This document shows positions 17,151-24,772 of a stretch of 51,910 bases of DNA, piece by piece. The stretch covers positions 1-51,910 of the forward strand of contig JALHHX010000004.1 of assembly GCA_022837245.1 (NCBI GenBank), written 5' to 3'. Position numbers and translations under genes: made by a program. This DNA comes from Lentisphaerota bacterium (GTDB lineage Bacteria > Verrucomicrobiota > Kiritimatiellia > RFP12 > UBA3636). How positions within the stretch are numbered: position 1 is the stretch's first letter; every line of letters starts with the position of its first letter. The notes beneath the pieces were generated by a model that worked only from the letters and a program-made list of their open reading frames with translations, made no database searches and was not told the origin of the DNA.

Positions 17151-18177
17151 TTTGCACCGTGTCCCATTCCTCAAGCACGGCGAGGACCGTTTCGGGATTG
17201 CATCCGAGACCGATTTCAAACTGCACGAAACATCCGCCGCTACGGTCGTAGAAGTGCGACGCCACTTCGCGAACAGCCTTCCTCCCAACCTCTGGGTCTT
17301 TTGCCGGCAGCACGTGCTGCCGGTCGATCTCGCCCCAAAATGCAATCTTTCCCTTGGCGCGCTTCTCGAGGTCCGCCATGTCCATGCAGAAGAGCTGGGA
17401 GTTGATGGCATCTACCCCTATTTCGATTAGATCGTCGAATATCTCGGATATGAAGCCGTCAGAGTGCATGAACGTGAACTTGCCCGCCGCGTGCGCCATG
17501 TCGCAATAGTCCTTGTACATTGGCTTGAATATCTCCCGCCATATCGCGGGAGGGATCAGCAACTGTCGCTGCGACCCCCAGTCGTCCATGAACCCGATGG
17601 CGTCGACGTCCGTGGAGCACCAGAATTCGCACTCCGCCATGTAGAACTCGTGCATCCGCTTCAGAATCCCAAGCATGTCGTGATCGTAGTCCATCACGTC
17701 CATCATCGCACTTTCAGTTCCGCGCAGAAACTGGTACTGCTCCCACGGACGCGGATTCATGTTGGCGCGGATGAACTTGTCGCTCGCCGCATAATCGCGG
17801 TTCACGGAGTCGCGCGCCTTATCAATGTTTTCCGGAAGTGTTTCCCAAGGTGGCTGCACGACCGCTTTCCAGTCCGAGAGATTCGTCAGGATTGGGTGTT
17901 TTACCTCGCCGATCGAATCGTTTGACAGGTTTTCGAAAACGCAACCCCATGTATCCGTGTACCGCCCCCTGGCGTGCGGCTTGCCCCGCTCTCTTTTGGA
18001 CGGCCTGTAGACGTTTCGAACCCAGCCCATGTCGCCTGGCCAGCGGAACGCTATTTCCGCCAGCGTTTCCGGGATGTGGTTGCTCGCCCACGGCAGCGCC
18101 CACAAGTCGCGGGGCATTCTCTCAGGGTAATCGAAAGTCAGGGACTTCCTAACTATTTCCCGTGATGTCCGAGCCAT
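17140..18177 (-). CDS. Uroporphyrinogen-decarboxylase (URO-D) / MtaA-like TIM-barrel family protein
   Basis: Typical family layout with the C-terminal FMHSDGFISEIFDDLIEIGVDAINSQ block. SD-like AAGGAA lies 6 nt upstream of the ATG. Confidence 0.7.
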   Translation of the reverse strand: MARTSREIVRKSLTFDYPERMPRDLWALPWASNHIPETLAEIAFRWPGDMGWVRNVYRPSKRERGKPHARGRYTDTWGCVFENLSNDSIGEVKHPILTNLSDWKAVVQPPWETLPENIDKARDSVNRDYAASDKFIRANMNPRPWEQYQFLRGTESAMMDVMDYDHDMLGILKRMHEFYMAECEFWCSTDVDAIGFMDDWGSQRQLLIPPAIWREIFKPMYKDYCDMAHAAGKFTFMHSDGFISEIFDDLIEIGVDAINSQLFCMDMADLEKRAKGKIAFWGEIDRQHVLPAKDPEVGRKAVREVASHFYDRSGGCFVQFEIGLGCNPETVLAVLEEWDTVQNEN

Positions 18178-18209
18178 GTTATTTCCTTAATTTCCCGATG
18201 CGAACGGTT

Positions 18210-19772
18210 TTACGCGCCGGGCATGAGTACAAGCTTGACGCCGCCGTAAGAGTGGCGCCCTTCAAGCGAAACGTCGAGCATCATCTCGAGTCGTGCTCCG
18301 TCGAAATTCGACGCGTCAACCACGAAACTCGCCTCAGCCTTAGCACCCCACACTAGGTTGAGCGGGAGCGTGACGCAGCGCTCTGATAACACAGCCACGC
18401 TGGGCGGCGTGTACAGCGAGAGCCGCGCCCAGAGCTGCAGGTTGGTCGAGCCTGAATTGATCACCGTAACCTTGATTTCGCGTGGCTCGCATTTCTTGAA
18501 CCCGATCGATCCGCCGAAGTCGACCATAACGTCGAACAGCGGGAACGAATGACGTACTATGTACGGCGACATGGCGCAGACTTCGGCCATCGAAGGGAGC
18601 TTGTCCTTGCCGCCGCCATTGATCCCGGGGAGGTATTCTTTGTAGCGGTCGACGCTGAATAGTCCTTGCCCCTCCTCGCACTTGATGGTGTAGCCCCCCT
18701 CGGCGAACAAGTCGCAGCGGCCGACACCAAGGAAGTTTGGCGTATTCCTGAGCACGCGATCCGTCAGCTGGGCCACGGTGCGCGGAACCCACACTTTGCC
18801 GTTGGTCTTGTCTATGCAAATCGTCGCAATGACGTCGTTGAGCGGGGCCTTCCATTTTTCCGGAATCCCGGACGCCCCAGATATGATGCCCATCGTCGCG
18901 CCGAGCGTGGCGCAGGAGCAGTCCGTGTCCTCGCCAAAAGCGTTTGCGCAGCAGATTGATTTACCGAAATCGCCTTCACCATAAAGCCAGCCCGCGATCG
19001 CATACGCACAGTTCTCTGGCGCGTCGAAGCCCGGTTCTCCCACCTTGAAATCGGGATCGGAGCGGTCTATCTGCGACAACTTGCAGCCCTGCACGCCAAA
19101 CGTACCAGGCGCAGTGTTGTGGATACGCCTGCGCGCCTCTGCCAGCGGGACTCCTTCTTCCTTGCATCGGATGGCCTCGTTGATGGCGCGCGCAAGCGCG
19201 GATCCTTCCGGGATGTATGAAAGTCCGATGTCGATAAGCGTGCGCAAATCGCTCTCAACGAACGCCGCGCTCTGCAATGCCGAGAAAAACACCTCGCCGT
19301 ACACGCCCTCGCCAGAGTGATCCACGCTGCCGTCCTCGAAAGCATAGCGCGCGGCTATCTCCGGATTCCCAGGCGCGAGGCATGCCCAGATCTCGGACCT
19401 AATGAAGCAGCCGCAGGAGTTGCGGTACACGTTGTCGTGATGACCCGATATAGGCGGCATAAGACCGGCGCGCATGTTGCTTTTTCCGGTGCCGTACTCC
19501 ACCCAGTTGGGGATCACGAAGCTGAGCCAATATTCTCCGAGTATTGCGGAGTTGACTTGCCTGCCGTATTTTTCCACGGCGGCAAGCCATACAATCTGCA
19601 GGTCGAGGTCGTCGTTTGGAGGCGGACCCTTTGACAGATCCTGAACGTAGAAATCCACTTCATTTATCTTACGCTGCCCCTCAAACGGCGCACCCAGCAC
19701 TCCCCCGATGTTTTTACCAGTCCAGCATCCGGCAACCTTGTCCTTGTATGTCTCGAAATCAAGTGTTTTCAT
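18210..19772 (-). CDS. ADP-ribosylglycohydrolase (ARH/DraG) family domain fused to a roughly 190-aa C-terminal beta-rich domain
   Basis: N-terminal GGVLGAPFEG and metal-site motif GEDTDCSCATLGATMG (family pattern G-x-D-T-D). The ATG at 19772 is preferred. The longer ORF starts with GTG at 19784. Confidence 0.8.
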   Translation of the reverse strand: MKTLDFETYKDKVAGCWTGKNIGGVLGAPFEGQRKINEVDFYVQDLSKGPPPNDDLDLQIVWLAAVEKYGRQVNSAILGEYWLSFVIPNWVEYGTGKSNMRAGLMPPISGHHDNVYRNSCGCFIRSEIWACLAPGNPEIAARYAFEDGSVDHSGEGVYGEVFFSALQSAAFVESDLRTLIDIGLSYIPEGSALARAINEAIRCKEEGVPLAEARRRIHNTAPGTFGVQGCKLSQIDRSDPDFKVGEPGFDAPENCAYAIAGWLYGEGDFGKSICCANAFGEDTDCSCATLGATMGIISGASGIPEKWKAPLNDVIATICIDKTNGKVWVPRTVAQLTDRVLRNTPNFLGVGRCDLFAEGGYTIKCEEGQGLFSVDRYKEYLPGINGGGKDKLPSMAEVCAMSPYIVRHSFPLFDVMVDFGGSIGFKKCEPREIKVTVINSGSTNLQLWARLSLYTPPSVAVLSERCVTLPLNLVWGAKAEASFVVDASNFDGARLEMMLDVSLEGRHSYGGVKLVLMPGA

Positions 19773-19831
19773 TTTGTCTCGCACTTTTTTGTCGTTATCT
19801 CTGAATCAAAAATCAATGTCCGTAGCTGAGT

Positions 19832-20770
19832 CTATTCGTATATGCTGCGAGCGATTTTACGCATCACTTTGGCGTCCTCCGGCTTGACGTACGGCGACTG
19901 GTACCCATCCTCCGGCACCGGCTCACCAAACAGGAACTGGTACCATACGCACCCGAGCAGATAGTGCCCGGCGGAGCTGGCGTGGATCGCATCCTGCACA
20001 AGAACGTCCCCTTTTTTGCGATCTTTAATCCAATAGCCGTTCCTGTGCAGCGCAAACTTCTCATTCACTGGCAATGCCGGGTGAACTGCTTTTTCCCAGT
20101 CAAAATCGGGATCTGGCTGGAACTTGCCCCAATCTGGCGAGTGCCTAGCCGCCTCGAACGCATCGCCAGATCTAATCTGGCGCAATCCGTACTTCTCTGC
20201 GAGGCCGTCGTACGCTTTCTTCAACTGGGCATACATGTCGTCCGCCGTGAAAACTCCGTTCGTGAACGCCCTGTGGTCGTCGCGCCACGCCCATGTCTGG
20301 TGCACCACAATCTCCGCGCCGGGCGCGTTTTGATGAATGTATTCCACCAGCCTGCCAGCATACGGTTCGAACGTCTCCGGTTTAAAGCTCTTCGGGCTTG
20401 CCTGCTGAATCGTCACGACGTCCCATTTTTCCTTCCGCAGAAGTTCCTTAAGGCTCCTTTTCCCATAAGGCGTCGCCACGTGTGCGGGGCCGTTCGTCTC
20501 GAACGCTTCCAAACCGCGGACATGATCCTCCAGCGAACCGCCTAGTATTATAGCGTTTTCGTACACCAGGGTGTGCCCTTCGGTCTTCACTATGAACGGC
20601 AGTTGGGTCAGCGCATCGCGAGAGAAGCTGTTGCCTATCGCCATCACCTTAACCGTCTTCGGAGAGGCGTTCGTCTTTATAACCTGCGGCTCGTCTTCGC
20701 CGGCCATCACCGTTGCAGCGGTCATCGCTGCCAGCGCCGCCGACATTATAATCGTTTTTTTAAATTTCAT
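19832..20770 (-). CDS. Exported DUF4886 / SGNH-like hydrolase-fold protein
   Basis: Signal peptide MKFKKTIIMSAALAAMTAATVMAG, then VMAIGNSFSRDA, characteristic of DUF4886. Confidence 0.7.
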   Translation of the reverse strand: MKFKKTIIMSAALAAMTAATVMAGEDEPQVIKTNASPKTVKVMAIGNSFSRDALTQLPFIVKTEGHTLVYENAIILGGSLEDHVRGLEAFETNGPAHVATPYGKRSLKELLRKEKWDVVTIQQASPKSFKPETFEPYAGRLVEYIHQNAPGAEIVVHQTWAWRDDHRAFTNGVFTADDMYAQLKKAYDGLAEKYGLRQIRSGDAFEAARHSPDWGKFQPDPDFDWEKAVHPALPVNEKFALHRNGYWIKDRKKGDVLVQDAIHASSAGHYLLGCVWYQFLFGEPVPEDGYQSPYVKPEDAKVMRKIARSIYE

Positions 20771-20784
20771 ACCTTACAAGGATT

Positions 20785-22056
20785 TTACCCAACTTTATAA
20801 TTGATCTGCTTCCGCACTTCGGCGATTGGAACGTCCTCCGGCTTTTCGCCTCGCTGAGCGGCCAATGCCGCGATTGCCCCCGCCGCTTGGCCAGTTGCCA
20901 TGCAAGTCGCCTGAACACGCAACGCGCTGTGCGCGAGCCTATCGCTCGAAATCACCTTGCCCGCCATCAGCAGCCCCTCGCATCCCTCCGCAACAAGCGC
21001 CCTGCGTGGCACGGTGGGGACTACGCCAGGTTCCAGTTGCACGCAATTGAGGCCGCGCCCGCTCATCTCATGAAAGTCTATCGGATAAAACGAATTGCAT
21101 ACCGCATCGCGCCATTTACGTCCCGAAGCGTAGTCTCGTGCAGTGATCTCCACAAGCCCAACGACGGTTGTCGATTCGCGCACGCCCGTCTCCTGCGCAA
21201 CCCATTCCGCATGCAGGCCGCCAAGACCCGGGCGATCCCTGAGCCAGTTCACTATGCGGCGCACGGACGCTCGCGCCTCGACTTCCAGACGCGTCCGCCC
21301 TTCGCTAGTGCGGACCTCCGAGTCTACAGGAATATGGTTCGCATTGTTCCCGCGGTTGGAGAGCAGACCTGACACTCGGGGGTTGTTGCCACCCCACCCG
21401 GCGTCAGTCGCTTTCAACACGTCTGTATCCACGGCTTGCGCGAACTCGGCGTCAAGCGCCTTCAGATCCAGGCTTGTGATGTCGTATCCCGCAAGGCGGA
21501 AGCACAGCGTCCCCGGCTGGCATTCTCCGTACATACGGAGTTTGGCCCCGCACACCTCCGCCACATTTGCATCGCCCGTGCAGTCGATAAGCATTTTGGC
21601 GGACGTTTTGCGCATTCCCTCCTTGCAGCACAATGTCACGCGCCAGCCATCCTTCGAGCGCTTCGCGTCGCCAGTCATAGTATGCAGCAGCAAATCGGCG
21701 CCGGAGTTAAGCACCTCTTCGTCGCATATGGCGGCGAAAACCGGAATCGGCACTCTCACCTGGTACCAGGAGTGCCGCATACCGGGCGTGGTGAAATCCT
21801 GCAACGTTCCGCCGCTCTCCGAGACGGTGCGCGTCACGAGACCCCATCCTATGCCGTCGATCACCTGCTTGCCCCAAGCATGGAAAATCCCGGGGAAGTT
21901 GATCCCAACATTAGTGAGCGTGCCGCCAAGCCTCGCCTCGCGCTCCACCAGCAGGGTCGACGCCCCCGTCCGCGCCGACTGTATGGCCGCGCAAACTCCG
22001 GCCACCCCGCCGCCGAACACGATGACATCGTATTTACTTTTCACGGCAAAGCCCAA
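20785..22056 (-). CDS. FAD-dependent oxidoreductase (FAD_oxidored/GIDA-like fold)
   Basis: Dinucleotide-binding motif YDVIVFGGGVAGVCAAIQSARTGASTLLVERE..LGG. TTG start at 22056, with an alternative GTG at 22044. Confidence 0.85.
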   Translation of the reverse strand: MGFAVKSKYDVIVFGGGVAGVCAAIQSARTGASTLLVEREARLGGTLTNVGINFPGIFHAWGKQVIDGIGWGLVTRTVSESGGTLQDFTTPGMRHSWYQVRVPIPVFAAICDEEVLNSGADLLLHTMTGDAKRSKDGWRVTLCCKEGMRKTSAKMLIDCTGDANVAEVCGAKLRMYGECQPGTLCFRLAGYDITSLDLKALDAEFAQAVDTDVLKATDAGWGGNNPRVSGLLSNRGNNANHIPVDSEVRTSEGRTRLEVEARASVRRIVNWLRDRPGLGGLHAEWVAQETGVRESTTVVGLVEITARDYASGRKWRDAVCNSFYPIDFHEMSGRGLNCVQLEPGVVPTVPRRALVAEGCEGLLMAGKVISSDRLAHSALRVQATCMATGQAAGAIAALAAQRGEKPEDVPIAEVRKQINYKVG

Positions 22057-22065
22057 CGCCTGATC

Positions 22066-23214
22066 CTAGAAGATCTCGAGATAATCCGCCGGCGGCAGTT
22101 CAGGGAACTTAGTGGCTGGACCTTCCTGATACCAAAACGCCACGGACGCAATGTCGTCCTGAAGCGGCAGGTAGCGCCCGTCCTTGCGCCATCCGAGCGC
22201 CTGGATCGTCACCTTGAGGTCCTTCTCGAAGCGTATCGGGTCGGTCACGTGCCAGCGGTACATGCTGAAGCGCTGGTTCGCCTGATAAACACCATCTGGA
22301 CGCACGATGTGCGGCACGCCCGTGTATGGACCGGTGAATTCCTGATACTGGCCCGTCGCCTTGTTTTCAAAATTGTACGACCCGCAGAAATAGTCCTCTG
22401 TGCCGGTGCCGCATATCGTTGGGAACCCGGTCGAACCGGCAATCTCCTTACCACCGGACAATTTCGGATCAGTGTCGCCATCCATGTAGAACTTGATCTC
22501 GCCCTCGCCCCACCATCCGTTGTTGTTGAGCTGCCACGCCATATACGTCCCAACGTAATGACCTTTGCCTTTGACGCCGTCGAGAATCGTGTAGACATCC
22601 CGTGCCTTGAGAGGATTCACTCGGCGAAACTGCGCATGGAAATACGCTGCGTTATCCGGCACATTGTTGAGAGCGTAGTCGATTTGGTAGAAAATCGTCT
22701 TGGTCTCAGAGGCGCTTACATTCTCAAGCGTTATTTTGATGCGCTTGCGGAACGGCATGGGCCAATAGCAGTTGAACGCGTTGCCGGGGTTTACGCAGAC
22801 GGGAATGGATTTGATCGGCGCAAACACCTTGAAGCTAGTGAATGCAGATGCGAAGAAATCGCCAATCGGGCATTCCACCGAAGGGTTCTCCGCGCCGTCG
22901 TAGTAAATCCGCATTATGGTTGTTCTATTGTCGCCTGTCGGAGTCATCCATATATGCTGTATGCATCCGGGGCCTTCAATATCGGCCATCAAAAATGTTT
23001 CGCCCGGTTTAACACCGTCGCACGGATGCACCTTCCAACCCTGCCCCAGAGCTCGCGCCGGGCCGACTGGCTTTCCGTTCTCGTCCACTGGAGGCATAGC
23101 ATGCGCGCCGCCGGACTTCTCTCCCGTCCTGTTTTCTCCGCATATCGAACGCGTCTTGGCATCGGACATTAGCGCCATAGATGACAAATCGCACATCAAA
23201 CCGTCAAAGCTCAT
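22066..23214 (-). CDS. DUF2961 / glycoside hydrolase family 172 protein
   Basis: HIWMTP...RIYYDGAENPSVECPIGDFFASAF is the DUF2961 hallmark. No signal peptide. SD AAGGAA lies 8 nt upstream of the ATG. Confidence 0.8.
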   Translation of the reverse strand: MSFDGLMCDLSSMALMSDAKTRSICGENRTGEKSGGAHAMPPVDENGKPVGPARALGQGWKVHPCDGVKPGETFLMADIEGPGCIQHIWMTPTGDNRTTIMRIYYDGAENPSVECPIGDFFASAFTSFKVFAPIKSIPVCVNPGNAFNCYWPMPFRKRIKITLENVSASETKTIFYQIDYALNNVPDNAAYFHAQFRRVNPLKARDVYTILDGVKGKGHYVGTYMAWQLNNNGWWGEGEIKFYMDGDTDPKLSGGKEIAGSTGFPTICGTGTEDYFCGSYNFENKATGQYQEFTGPYTGVPHIVRPDGVYQANQRFSMYRWHVTDPIRFEKDLKVTIQALGWRKDGRYLPLQDDIASVAFWYQEGPATKFPELPPADYLEIF

Positions 23215-23267
23215 ACAATTATTCCTTATTTAATCTTTGGTTCCCGCAATCCTGCTATTCGTCCTCT

Positions 23268-23296
23268 ATTGTACCGTTTTGCCTCAAAGCTTTCAA
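23268..23296 (-). promoter_or_regulatory. Sigma70-like promoter for the GH172 operon: TTGAAA-N17-TACAAT
   Basis: On the minus strand, the -35 TTGAAA is at 23291-23296 and the -10 TACAAT at 23268-23273, with an exact 17-nt spacer. It sits about 50 nt upstream of the ATG at 23214. Confidence 0.4.
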
Positions 23297-23827
23297 CCAT
23301 GCGTTTTGGAATTGGAACGATGGAATATTGGATGGGTTGATTGTTGGAATTATGGAACACTGCGCGCTCCTCGAGGCTAGGAAAGGCGGGATGTGGGTAT
23401 CACGCGAAAACGCGACGACGCGAAGCTCTTGCCACGTGGGGTATGGATCCGCAGATTGACACGGATTTTCTCTTGCTACGCGGGTTTTGAGGGACTCTGC
23501 AGACGTGCTCTTGCAACGGTGTGGTGGACACCTTCGGTCAAGGGCCAGCCCGCAGGAAGTGAGTACAAGCGACGTGGATGAAGACGAAATTGACGAGGCA
23601 GGCATCTTAGCTGGCAATATGCGGAAGTGAAGCCTTTCAGCCATTGTTCCAGCATTCCATTCCTCCACCGCTCTCCAATGCGGGGCTACTGCGCTCGCGG
23701 CGAGGAAAGGCGGCGCAGGCGAACCGTCATTCGCGCAGTAAGGAAAAATCTGCGCATGTCTGTGGGAATCTGCGGATAAATACCACGTAGCAGAGAATGG
23801 TCGTCTGCCGTTTCCATCCCGTCATAA

Positions 23828-23856
23828 TTGCATCGCATCCGCTAAACGGCTATAAT
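23828..23856 (+). promoter_or_regulatory. Sigma70-like promoter TTGCAT-N17-TATAAT placed for a leaderless transcript of the SGNH esterase gene
   Basis: -35 at 23828-23833, -10 at 23851-23856, and the ATG at 23864 lies only 7 nt after the -10. No SD sequence is present. Confidence 0.4.
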
Positions 23857-23863
23857 CAAAGCC

Positions 23864-24580
23864 ATGAAAACAAAAACAAGCATATTACTCTTTTCTGGTC
23901 TCGTCTTTTCCGCACTGGCATTCCTCTCTGCTGGGTGCGCATGCAAATCAACATGGAAAGGCGACCCTCCTCCGCAACCCATTAAAATCGCCTGCATCGG
24001 CGATAGTCTCACGTTCGGCATGAACATCGAGAACCGCGCGAGTTCCAACTATCCCGCGCATCTCTCGCGCCTCGCCGGTCCCGGTTTCGAGGTGGAGGGC
24101 TTCGCCGTATCCGGAATGATGGCGCTTAAAAACGTACCCGGTCGCAGCTTCTGGGATCTCCCCGAATTCACTAACGCCCTCGCCTGGAATCCCGAAATCG
24201 TCGTCATCTGCTTCGGCGCCAACGATTGCTGGCCCGACATCTGGAAAGATCACAAAGACGAATTCAAGCCAGATTTGGCGGCAATGGCCAACAAATTCAA
24301 GGACCTCCCCTCCAAACCCGCCGTATGGCTCGCATCCCCTACGCCGATGGGCATACCCGCCGACCGCTTCCCCGGGAACGTGCAGCTCAAGATACTAAGC
24401 GACGAAATTGTACCTGCCGTGCGCGATGTGGCAAAGGAATCCGGAAGCGGCTACATAGACTTCTTTAACGAACTTAGCGGCAACCCCGCATGGTTTCAGA
24501 TCGACAAGGTGCATCCCACGGCCGCCGGCTCCGCCAAAATGGCCGAAGTCGTCTGGACTGCCATCAACCCAGGGAATTAA
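23864..24580 (+). CDS. SGNH/GDSL-family esterase lipoprotein (carbohydrate acetylesterase-like)
   Basis: Lipoprotein signal ...LAFLSAGC. Block I IACIGDSLTFG. Block V DKVHPTAAG. Confidence 0.85.
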   Translation: MKTKTSILLFSGLVFSALAFLSAGCACKSTWKGDPPPQPIKIACIGDSLTFGMNIENRASSNYPAHLSRLAGPGFEVEGFAVSGMMALKNVPGRSFWDLPEFTNALAWNPEIVVICFGANDCWPDIWKDHKDEFKPDLAAMANKFKDLPSKPAVWLASPTPMGIPADRFPGNVQLKILSDEIVPAVRDVAKESGSGYIDFFNELSGNPAWFQIDKVHPTAAGSAKMAEVVWTAINPGN

Positions 24581-24603
24581 TCATTCTGGAACGATCAGCT
24601 CTT

Positions 24604-24633
24604 CCACACTATTGCAAGTGTGGCAGTGTTTTT
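24604..24633 (+). terminator. Rho-independent terminator candidate
   Basis: CCACACT (24604-24610), loop ATTGCA, AGTGTGG (24617-24623), then CAGTG and TTTTT (24629-24633). It lies 24 nt after the esterase stop. Confidence 0.5.
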
Positions 24634-24772
24634 GTGGATGTGGTGGTGGCGTCAAGGTAGCTACTATGCCACGGATGTCACGTAGGACATGCTTCCCGGG
24701 GCTTCTCGTCTGACCCATTTGATATTGGAATTTCCCAACAGATTCATGACGAGGCATTTTCGTTAAATGCAG

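Noticed and set aside
21436-23172. 578-aa plus-strand ORF (and a 306-aa ORF at 21143-22063) antisense to the GH172 and FAD-oxidoreductase genes
   Set aside because: The composition is Arg/His/Ala-rich with no motifs. The opposite strand carries two well-supported enzyme genes with family hallmarks and ribosome-binding sites.
23255-23668. 137-aa minus-strand ORF in the long intergenic region
   Set aside because: It has a Ser/Pro/Cys-rich composition, no SD and no motif. It overlaps the predicted promoter of the GH172 operon.
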